A DNA stretch of 64,000 nt. It comes from Candidatus Sericytochromatia bacterium. Lineage in GTDB: Bacteria > Cyanobacteriota > Sericytochromatia > S15B-MN24 > JAQBPE01. This document shows positions 56,763-64,000 of this stretch, in pieces (the first letter of the stretch is position 1; every line of letters starts with the position of its first letter). The stretch covers positions 96,001-160,000 of the forward strand of contig JAYKHR010000066.1 of NCBI GenBank assembly GCA_035285125.1, written 5' to 3'. A program made the translations under genes and the position numbers. The notes beneath the pieces are model-generated. The model saw nothing but the letters and a program-made list of their open reading frames with translations. It was not told the origin of the DNA and searched no databases.

Positions 56763-56791
56763 AGTATATCTCCGGACCCCTGGCTGGTCAA
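56763..56791 (-). promoter_or_regulatory. Near-consensus sigma70 promoter
   Basis: TTGACC-N17-TATACT on the minus strand. Confidence 0.65.
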
Positions 56792-56868
56792 GGGGGGGCC
56801 GCCGATGGGTGCGCCGCCAGCGCGTGGTATTCTAGAAGGCTGCTCAAGCCAGAGGTTGTCCCCTCTTC

Positions 56869-58956
56869 ATGCGACCCGTCCCCCCCAAACTAGCCCCGCT
56901 CCTGACTGCCGATGGCTCCCTGGAGGCCTCGGTGGCTGGGCTTTGGGAGGAGCGCGCGGAGGAGCTTGCCGCTCGCCTAGGGGTGGACCCTGAGGTGACG
57001 CGCCCCCTGGCATCAGAGTGTCTTCGTGCCCTGCGGGCTTGGGCGCGGACCGGGTCGGACCAGGCCGCCGGCGGGTCAGAGGGACTGACCGCCTGGCTGG
57101 TCGGACTCAGGCAGGAGTTCAGCCTGGAGGGCCTGGCGCGGGCGCTGATGCAGCTTGACCACGCATTTCGGGACGCGGCCTGGCTGCTGGGCCTCCCCGG
57201 GCCGGACTGGAAGGCCCTGAGTGACGTTCTTGCCCGATTCTTCGAGGCCGGGCTCGACCTCACGGTCGAGGGAGCCCGAGGCAGGCATGTCCAGTCCACC
57301 CGGCTCCGTGAAGAGCTGGCCCTGCTGCGGCGGCTGGCGGCTGCGCTCGATGGCCCGGATGGCCCCGGGGCGTTGATGGCCGTTGCCGTGCGAGAGACGG
57401 CGCACCTGCTGAACTGCGAGTTCTGCGCGGTGTTGCTCCCTGCCGAGGATGACCCCCGGGTGCTGAAGGTCGCAGCCGCCGAGGCCCCCCCGTTGCTTCG
57501 GAGCGCGGTTTCAAGCCTTGTCTTCCCGCTGGACGGGCCGGGCATCGTGAGCCAGGTGGTCATGTCGGGGGCGCCGGCAAGCTCGTCGAATCCCCTCGCA
57601 GACCTCGACATCACCCTGCGGCGCAGGCAAACGCTCGAAGGGCTGGGATTCGGACACCTGATGGCGCATCCGCTCACGTCGGGCGGCCGCGTCGTGGGGG
57701 TGCTCGTGCTGGCAAACCGCCTTGACGACGAACCTTGGAGCGCCATTGACGACGATTGGCTTTCAGCCATCGCCAGCCACCTGGCCATGGCGATTGTCTT
57801 GACCAGATCCCAGAGCCAGCTTCTCGCCCAGGAGGCCGAGGCCGTGCGCTGGTTGGAGACCGTGCTCGCGTTGGCCGACCCCGCCCTCCGTCGGCACGGC
57901 GAAGCGGTAGGTCAGCTGGCCGGTCAGCTCGCCGTGGCCTTGGGACTCGGGGCCTCGCGCGTGAGGCACGTGGTGGACGCAGGGCGGGTTCACGATGTCG
58001 GGCAAGTGTTCTGGCCTGAGGTCCTGCGGCGGCGACCAGGCCCCTTGTGGCCGGAGGAGACGCCCCACGTGCTGGAGCACCCGGAACGCGGGGCCGTGTT
58101 GCTCGATGGGGTGCGGGTGCTGGCCCATCTGGCTCCGACGGTCAGAGCCCACCACGAGCGGTGGGACGGCGGCGGCTACCCGCAGGGCCTCGCTGGGGAC
58201 CATATCCCCCTGGAGGCTCGAATCCTGGCGGTCGCAGACGCCTACGAGACGATGACGACGGCCCAGGTCTATCGGGCCGCGCTCCCGCCCCGGATGGCGC
58301 TGCAGGCGATCCGGGACGCTGCAGGCAGCCAGTTCGACCCGCTGATTGTTCAAACTCTGGTCGAGGTTTTGGGGGCCACCGACTTGGAGCCGATGTGGCT
58401 CGGGACCTCTGAGGGCAAGCGGCTGGAGGCTGAAGGTCCCGGCCTCCCCTCGCTCGCGAGCCGGCTCATCGCGGCCATCCATCGGATCGCGTCCCGGCTC
58501 GACGGGGACGCCCTGCCCCGCTCGTTCTGGACGGCCGTCCGGGAGCAATGCGGCTTCGACGCGGCCTTGCTCTGGCGCCGGGGGGACGGTGGGGGCCTCG
58601 TGCTGGTGGAGGCGTTGGGCCTCGTCGGCGCCCCGCTGGGTGCGACGGCCGGGCCGGGTAGCGTCGAGGTCCATGCCGCGACGTGCCAGGTGCCCGTGAG
58701 CCTTCCGAGCATCGGTGAGGACGCGCGGTTCCAGGCACCTACCTGGCTCGACACCTTGGCTGCCGGCAGCGCAGCAGCGTTCCCGATGATTGCGAACGAT
58801 CGGGCCCTGGGCGTGCTGACGCTGCTGCGCAGGGCAGGATTGCCTTACACGGGAGCCGAGCTGGCGGTGGCCGAGGTGGCTGCCGCATTGGCTGCGCAGG
58901 GCCTTCGGCCGCACACCGGGCACACCGGTGATCACCCCGAGGAGGTGGCTCGATGA
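56869..58956 (+). CDS. GAF / HD-GYP / GAF protein (putative cyclic di-nucleotide phosphodiesterase)
   Basis: H..V, VHDVG, HHERWDGGGYP, ARILAVADAYE, GSQFDP, flanked by GAF-like segments. Confidence 0.85.
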   Translation: MRPVPPKLAPLLTADGSLEASVAGLWEERAEELAARLGVDPEVTRPLASECLRALRAWARTGSDQAAGGSEGLTAWLVGLRQEFSLEGLARALMQLDHAFRDAAWLLGLPGPDWKALSDVLARFFEAGLDLTVEGARGRHVQSTRLREELALLRRLAAALDGPDGPGALMAVAVRETAHLLNCEFCAVLLPAEDDPRVLKVAAAEAPPLLRSAVSSLVFPLDGPGIVSQVVMSGAPASSSNPLADLDITLRRRQTLEGLGFGHLMAHPLTSGGRVVGVLVLANRLDDEPWSAIDDDWLSAIASHLAMAIVLTRSQSQLLAQEAEAVRWLETVLALADPALRRHGEAVGQLAGQLAVALGLGASRVRHVVDAGRVHDVGQVFWPEVLRRRPGPLWPEETPHVLEHPERGAVLLDGVRVLAHLAPTVRAHHERWDGGGYPQGLAGDHIPLEARILAVADAYETMTTAQVYRAALPPRMALQAIRDAAGSQFDPLIVQTLVEVLGATDLEPMWLGTSEGKRLEAEGPGLPSLASRLIAAIHRIASRLDGDALPRSFWTAVREQCGFDAALLWRRGDGGGLVLVEALGLVGAPLGATAGPGSVEVHAATCQVPVSLPSIGEDARFQAPTWLDTLAAGSAAAFPMIANDRALGVLTLLRRAGLPYTGAELAVAEVAAALAAQGLRPHTGHTGDHPEEVAR

Positions 58957-59822
58957 TTGCACGACGCTGGTTCGCCGCCTCGGCCGCCTACCTCGGCATG
59001 CTTGCCGTGGCGGCGCTCACGGTCGGACCGTTCCTGTGGCTCCTTGTGACAGCGCTGCGGGGAGACGGTGAGAACATCTTCCGATATCCTCCCACGTTGC
59101 TTCCCGAGCAGCCGACGCTCGCGAACTTCTCTGCCGTTTGGGTCGCCGTGCCCTTTGGCCGCTACGTACTGAACAGCGCCCTCGTGGCGGTGGCGGCCGT
59201 CGTGCTCAACCTCGTGCTGGCCAGCCTGGCAGCCTACCCCCTGGCACGGATGGACTTCAGGGGACGCCAGCCCATCTTCTACGCCATCCTGGCCACGATG
59301 ATGGTTCCTTTCCCCGTCATCTTGATCCCGCTCTTCACCATCGTGATGAAGCTGCACGGCGGGGTGATGGCCGTCGTGCCCGAGGCGCTTGACTCGGGTT
59401 ACTGGCGCTACGCTTGGCTGGTTCTGCCGACTGGGGTCTCGGCCTTTGGCATCTTCCTGATGCGTCAGGCGTTCCTGGCCATCCCAAGGGAGCTCGAAGA
59501 GGCCGTGCGCATGGACGGGGGAACGTCCTGGGACATCTGGCGCCGCGTTATGCTGCCGCTTTCACGGCCCGCACTCGCCACCTTGGCAATCTTCACCTTC
59601 GTTGGCTCGTGGGGAGATTTCCTCTGGCCGCTCGTGGTGCTTGATGACCCGCAGTACTACACCTTGCCCGTGGGGGTCTCCTACCTGGCGGGCACGTTCA
59701 GCGCCAACTGGCGACTCATTGCGGCCGGCAGCGTGATCGCGGTGGTGCCGATCGTGGCGTTCTTCCTGGTGATGCAGCGTCACTTCGTCGGTGGCTCCAC
59801 GGCCGGCGCGGTCAAGGGCTAG
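58953..59822 (+). CDS. Carbohydrate ABC transporter permease (MalG-like)
   Basis: EAA loop IPRELEEAVRMDG, WGDFLWP; ATGA overlap with the HD-GYP gene. Confidence 0.88.
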   Translation: MIARRWFAASAAYLGMLAVAALTVGPFLWLLVTALRGDGENIFRYPPTLLPEQPTLANFSAVWVAVPFGRYVLNSALVAVAAVVLNLVLASLAAYPLARMDFRGRQPIFYAILATMMVPFPVILIPLFTIVMKLHGGVMAVVPEALDSGYWRYAWLVLPTGVSAFGIFLMRQAFLAIPRELEEAVRMDGGTSWDIWRRVMLPLSRPALATLAIFTFVGSWGDFLWPLVVLDDPQYYTLPVGVSYLAGTFSANWRLIAAGSVIAVVPIVAFFLVMQRHFVGGSTAGAVKG

Positions 59823-59961
59823 GCTCCGGCTGTCAACCGCGCCAGCGGACCAGGCGCGCTGTCGCACAGGGGCCTGGCCAGCGGTGCGCCTCTCGCGGCA
59901 TGCTCTCCGGGCACAACCCGCGCGGGGGATCGCCCCGGCGCCAGCAAGCATGGAGGTCATG

Positions 59962-60486
59962 ATGGGCCACCGCCAGCCCGGGGCCGTCAGCGCCCTGAGC
60001 CTCAGCTACCTCGACTGGCCGCGCCTGCTCGACCACGTCAGGGAGAGGCTCCGCACCCTCGAGGCGGCTCGCTGGGCGATGGGGGACACGCTGGTGGAGG
60101 TCCAGCTCGCCATGGGGGCCAGCCCTGAGATTGAGGCAGCCTTTGCGCGGGAGGGTTGCTCCTGGCCGGCCCTGGCAGCCTCCCTGGGGGTTCGGACGAC
60201 CGAGCTCGCCACGCTGAGGGAGGTCGCCCGTAGCTTTCCACCGCGCAAGCGCGTATCCGGCGTCGGTTGGGAGCACCACCGCCGCGTGCTGTTGACCCTC
60301 CCGACCGCCACCCTCTCGCTGAGGCAACGGTGGCTGAGGGAGGCGGCCCGTCGAGATTGGTCAGCGGCCACGCTGGCGCGTCGAATTCGCGCGGAGGCCT
60401 GCGCCCAGGGGGCCGAGCCCAGGCCCCGGAAGCGCAGACTCCCGGGCGCAGCGGCCACGCCGTCCGAAGGCCAGCCCCGCCCGTGA
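59962..60486 (+). CDS. Putative LmbU-like DNA-binding regulator
   Basis: RWAMGD, VARSF..R...WEHH..V, WLREA...WS...L..RIR pattern; GGAGG RBS at 59952. Confidence 0.55.
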   Translation: MGHRQPGAVSALSLSYLDWPRLLDHVRERLRTLEAARWAMGDTLVEVQLAMGASPEIEAAFAREGCSWPALAASLGVRTTELATLREVARSFPPRKRVSGVGWEHHRRVLLTLPTATLSLRQRWLREAARRDWSAATLARRIRAEACAQGAEPRPRKRRLPGAAATPSEGQPRP

Positions 60487-60626
60487 CGTCTGGGGCGTCG
60501 GCCCCTGGCCCCCGCGGCTCGGCCAACCCGGATGCCCCCGATCCGGCGCCGCGGGCGCGAGCCGGGAGGGGCTCCGGCGCTGGGGACGTGCGCCTCGCAT
60601 CCGGGTATAACTGAGATGGCGCCAGG

Positions 60627-61772
60627 TTGCCTGGGCGCAATGGCCCTGTCCCCCTGGAGCCCGGTGGCTTGGCACCCTTCCACACTCTCCCTTCCATCAC
60701 CCTGTGCCTCACCGCGGGCGCCCTCTTGGCGCTGGCGGCGCCATCCCTGGCAAGCCCGCACACTGCCAGCGCCGTCCAGGCGGCAGCCGACGCGGAAAGC
60801 CTCCTTCGGCTGGGTAGGCAGGAGGCGAGCCGTGGTGCGCGGGACCGTGCCTTGTCCCTGCTTCAGCGGTCCCTGGCGGTGGCGCCGGAACAGCTCGGGC
60901 CTCTTGTCGATCTGGGTATTGCCCTGGCGGATCTCGGGGCCTACGATGCGGCCAAGGCCGCCTTCGAACGGGCGCTTCAGGTTGGGCCGGACGACGCCGC
61001 CGCCCTGAACGGCCTTGGCTATGTCCTGTACCGGATGGAACACCACCGAGCGGCGATCGTGCACTACAGGCGAGCGCTCGACCGCAAGGACGAACCGCAG
61101 TACCACCTGAACTTGGGGCTGGCTTACCTCGCGCAGCGCCGTTGGGGGCAGGCTGAGGACGAGTTCAGGCGCGCGGCGCGGGGAGCCGGGGCCGGCTACT
61201 GGGCTTGCAACAACCTCGGCTACGCGCTGCAGCGGCAGGGGCGCCTCGAGGAGGCCAAGCAGGCCTATCACGCGGCCTTGCCCGTTGCCGAGCGGGACCT
61301 GACGGCCCACGTGAACCTCGGGTCGCTGCTGCTCGCCGAAGAGAAGTGGGGCGAGGCCGCCTGGGTCTACCAGGATGCCCTCAAGCGCGATGACAGCGCC
61401 CCGGATGCCCACCTCGGCCTCGCCAACGCGCTGACCCAACTGGGCCGGCTGGACGAGGCGATCTTGGAGCTGCGCGTCGCTTTGGCGTTGCGGGCCGCCA
61501 CGCCGGCCACCCACCACCTGATGGGGCAGCTCTACCTGCACCGGGGAGAACCTGACGCCGCCCGCTCGGAAACCCTCGAGGCCATTGCGGGGGCGCCGCG
61601 TGAGGCTTCCTACCACCTCACGCTGGCGCGGGCGCTCATAGCCTTGGGGCGTCCTGACGAGGCGGCCCGTACATTCCGGGTGTTTCTCTCCCTCAGGCCA
61701 GACGCCGAAGAGGCGCCTCGCGTGAGGCAGTGGTTGGACCAGCGTCGGACGGCCAGGCTCAGGGATCGCTGA
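60627..61772 (+). CDS. Exported tetratricopeptide repeat protein
   Basis: Signal-like segment then about 8 TPRs (NGLGYVL, NLGLAY, NNLGYAL); start uncertain. Confidence 0.8.
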   Translation: MPGRNGPVPLEPGGLAPFHTLPSITLCLTAGALLALAAPSLASPHTASAVQAAADAESLLRLGRQEASRGARDRALSLLQRSLAVAPEQLGPLVDLGIALADLGAYDAAKAAFERALQVGPDDAAALNGLGYVLYRMEHHRAAIVHYRRALDRKDEPQYHLNLGLAYLAQRRWGQAEDEFRRAARGAGAGYWACNNLGYALQRQGRLEEAKQAYHAALPVAERDLTAHVNLGSLLLAEEKWGEAAWVYQDALKRDDSAPDAHLGLANALTQLGRLDEAILELRVALALRAATPATHHLMGQLYLHRGEPDAARSETLEAIAGAPREASYHLTLARALIALGRPDEAARTFRVFLSLRPDAEEAPRVRQWLDQRRTARLRDR

Positions 61773-61788
61773 CGTGGTACCATGGCGT

Positions 61789-62132
61789 GGAAGTTTGCCG
61801 GGTCATCGCGGCGCTGCAAGGCGTCGAGGAAAGTCCGAGCTCCGCAGGGCATGACGCTGGGTAACGCCCAGTGGGGGTGACCCCGAGGACAGTGCCACAG
61901 AAACAAACCGCCGGGCCTCGGCCCGGTAAGGGTGCAAAGGTGGGGTAAGAGCCCACCAGCGGCGGGGTGACCCGCCGGCTAGGTAAACCCCGTCAGGAGC
62001 AAGACCAAGCAGGGGAGACGAGGCTGCCCGCCGATCCCCGGGTCAGGTCGCTCGAGGCCAGCGGCGACGCTGGTCCCAGATAGATGATGGCCCCCCGTAA
62101 GGGGACAGAACTCGGCTTACAGGCAGACTTCC
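61789..62132 (+). ncRNA. rnpB: RNase P RNA (type A)
   Basis: GAGGAAAGTCCGAGCT, CAGTGCCACAGAAA, GGTAAACCCC, ACAGAACTCGGCTTA; P1 ggaagtttgc/gcagacttcc. Confidence 0.96.
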
Positions 62133-62133
62133 A

Positions 62134-62157
62134 GGGGGCCCTCGCGGCCCCCTTTCT
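62134..62157 (+). terminator. Intrinsic terminator after rnpB
   Basis: gggggcc-ctcgc-ggccccc then tttct. Confidence 0.65.
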
Positions 62158-62252
62158 GCGGCTTCCCGGGCAGCCGGGGCGTCCATTATGTTAAACTGAC
62201 CCGCGTGAGCCCACTCACCGTCCCCGGTCGCCACCTCAGGCCACAATCGAGC

Positions 62253-63197
62253 GTGAGCAACGTCTTCTCCCACCAACCCGTGCTGCTCGACCCCGTGCTC
62301 CACTGGCTCGCCCCCTCCCCAGGCGACGTGGTGCTCGACGGCACCGTGGGCGGCGCCGGGCACGCCTGCGCCCTTTGGAGGCACATTGCGCCGACCGGGC
62401 TGGTCGTGGGGCTCGACCGCGACCCGGCGGCCCTGGCGGCGGCGGGGGACCGGCTGGCGGAAGAGGGCGCGCGTCACCAGCTACACCGAACCACCTTCGA
62501 CCGCCTCGCCGAGTTGGGGCTTCCGCCGCTCGACGTGGTGCTGCTCGATATTGGCGTTTCGTCGCCGCAGCTCGATCGCGCGGAGCGTGGCTTCAGCTTC
62601 AGGCAGGCTGGCCCCCTCGATATGCGCATGGACCCGGATGCCCCTATGACCGCTGCCGACATGCTACGGGAGGCCTCCGAGGCCGAGTTGGCGCGGGTGT
62701 TCTTCGAGCTTGGCGAGGAGCGTCAGGGCAGGCGCGTCGCGCGGGCCCTCGTGGCCCACAGGGAGGCGGGGGGCTGGTGGGACAACACGGCCACCCTCGC
62801 CGACTTCATCGCGCGAATCGTCGGTCGCGGCAGTGGTCAGATCCACCCGGCCACTCGGGTTTTCCAGGCACTGAGGATCGCCGTCAACGATGAACTGGGA
62901 ATGCTCCGGAGGGCCTTGCCCGCTGCCGTGGCGGCGCTGAAACCCGGGGGACGGCTGGGCGTCATCACCTTCCATTCCCTGGAGGACCGCATCGTGAAGC
63001 AGTTCTTCCAGGGCGAGGCGCGCGGCTGCATCTGCCCGCCCCGCCAGCCGGTCTGCACGTGCAGCCACCGGCCCAGCCTTGAAGTTGTCACTCGCAAGCC
63101 CGTGGTCGCCTCCGACGAGGAGGCCCGTGGCAATCCCCGCGCCCGCAGCGCCAAGCTGAGGGTCGCGCGGCGCCTCACTGTCCCGGCCCGAGCCTGA
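62253..63197 (+). CDS. rsmH: 16S rRNA m4C1402 methyltransferase RsmH (MraW)
   Basis: HQPVL, DGTVGGAGH, DIGVSSPQLD, PLDMRM, FQALRIAVNDE, FHSLEDR, NPRARSAKLR. Confidence 0.95.
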   Translation: MSNVFSHQPVLLDPVLHWLAPSPGDVVLDGTVGGAGHACALWRHIAPTGLVVGLDRDPAALAAAGDRLAEEGARHQLHRTTFDRLAELGLPPLDVVLLDIGVSSPQLDRAERGFSFRQAGPLDMRMDPDAPMTAADMLREASEAELARVFFELGEERQGRRVARALVAHREAGGWWDNTATLADFIARIVGRGSGQIHPATRVFQALRIAVNDELGMLRRALPAAVAALKPGGRLGVITFHSLEDRIVKQFFQGEARGCICPPRQPVCTCSHRPSLEVVTRKPVVASDEEARGNPRARSAKLRVARRLTVPARA

Positions 63198-63209
63198 GGA
63201 GATCTCCAC

Positions 63210-63608
63210 GTGGCCCCTGCGCCCAATGAAGCCGTCGCCGCCGCTGCCCTCCCGGAGCCCTGGCCCTCACCCGCCCGTCGGGTGGGGCGGCGGGTGTTCC
63301 CGCGGGCCTGGACCCTGACGCTGTCCGCGCTGGGCATCCTGTTGCTGACGCTCTACATCCACACCGTGTTGCAGGAGCACCACCTCAATGCCCTCAAGAA
63401 GGAGATCGACAACCTCCGAGAGCAGACGGTGCGCGACCGGATGCAACTCGAAGCTGTGCGTAACCCTCAGGTCATCGATCGCAAGGCCGTGAGCCTCGGG
63501 ATGAAGCAGCCAGCGGAGGTCGTGTACGTCAACAAGCCGTTGACCGGGGCGCGCCGCGTCGTGAACACCATCCCGCTCCGGCAGACGGCCACGCACGAGG
63601 GTTTTTGA
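63210..63608 (+). CDS. ftsL: FtsL-like cell division protein
   Basis: One TM helix, coiled coil, IDRKAVSLGM..P; lies between rsmH and the PBP gene. Confidence 0.7.
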   Translation: MAPAPNEAVAAAALPEPWPSPARRVGRRVFPRAWTLTLSALGILLLTLYIHTVLQEHHLNALKKEIDNLREQTVRDRMQLEAVRNPQVIDRKAVSLGMKQPAEVVYVNKPLTGARRVVNTIPLRQTATHEGF

Positions 63609-63610
63609 CC

Positions 63611-64000
63611 ATGTCATCAGCCCCCCTGGTGGTCCGTCAGCGCGCCTCTTGGGTGCTGATGGGGCTCGCGGCCGTCGCAGCCGCGCTGACAGCCAGGCTC
63701 GTCTACCTGCAGGTTCTCACGGGGCCATCGCTGTCTGCCATGGCCGTGGCCCAGCGCACCAAGACCGTCGACCTGTTCTCCGTTCGAGGGGAGATCGTCG
63801 ACCGAAACGGCAAGGCCCTCGCAGCCTCGGTGGAGGCCTACTCGGTGTACGCCAGCCCGAGGGACGCACGGAAATTCGACCGCCAGGCGACGGCGTCGCG
63901 CCTCGCGCCGGTCCTGGGGATGAAGCCCGCGGCCTTGCTGCAGCGCCTGCAGGGGAACCACTTCCGCTGGCTCCACAGGCTGGCTGACGACCGGGTTTAC
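63611..64000 (+). CDS. ftsI: Class B penicillin-binding protein (FtsI), 3'-truncated
   Basis: Manual translation MSSAPLVVRQR..RLVYLQV..RGEIVDRNGKALA; dcw cluster position. Confidence 0.85.
   Translation, partial: MSSAPLVVRQRASWVLMGLAAVAAALTARLVYLQVLTGPSLSAMAVAQRTKTVDLFSVRGEIVDRNGKALAASVEAYSVYASPRDARKFDRQATASRLAPVLGMKPAALLQRLQGNHFRWLHRLADDRVY

Overview
A GC-rich bacterial chromosomal segment, mostly core and envelope genes. It carries a hybrid histidine kinase plus response regulator, a CoA-transferase, a DEAD-box helicase, a Ser/Thr kinase-ATPase-TPR protein, msrB, trxA, csaB-tagA-ftsE-ftsX, an M16 peptidase pair, PNP, a split cytochrome b6-type b/subunit IV-c pair, alr, murJ, gmhB, lipid genes, a GAF/HD-GYP protein, RNase P RNA and the start of the dcw cluster (rsmH-ftsL-ftsI). 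Five tRNA genes are present, none encoding CCA. The gene mix (Ycf35/DUF1257, AMIN, csaB, split b6-type cytochrome b, no photosynthesis genes in the window) suggests a non-photosynthetic relative of Cyanobacteria such as Sericytochromatia; this is inference only. The standout is a ~12 kb putative lipid or secondary-metabolite cluster (12397-24679) that I cannot assign to a known pathway. An MMPL exporter lies divergent from a tightly coupled operon: GNAT-like protein, OleC-like adenylating enzyme fused to a UbiA-like membrane domain, rifampin-phosphotransferase-like PEP-utilising kinase, AurF-like diiron oxygenase, and BtaA/DUF3419 SAM-dependent transferase. A convergent lipid kinase and outer-membrane barrel close the cluster. 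Other items of note: a stand-alone four-repeat MshEN-like protein heading the csaB-tagA-ftsEX run, a Rieske-less b6-type locus lacking the heme-ci cysteine, a ~410-nt structured leader or ncRNA candidate behind a near-consensus promoter, an LmbU-like regulator, and a stand-alone S8-propeptide lipoprotein. I saw no integrase, transposase or CRISPR array. All family calls are by motif recognition, not database search.
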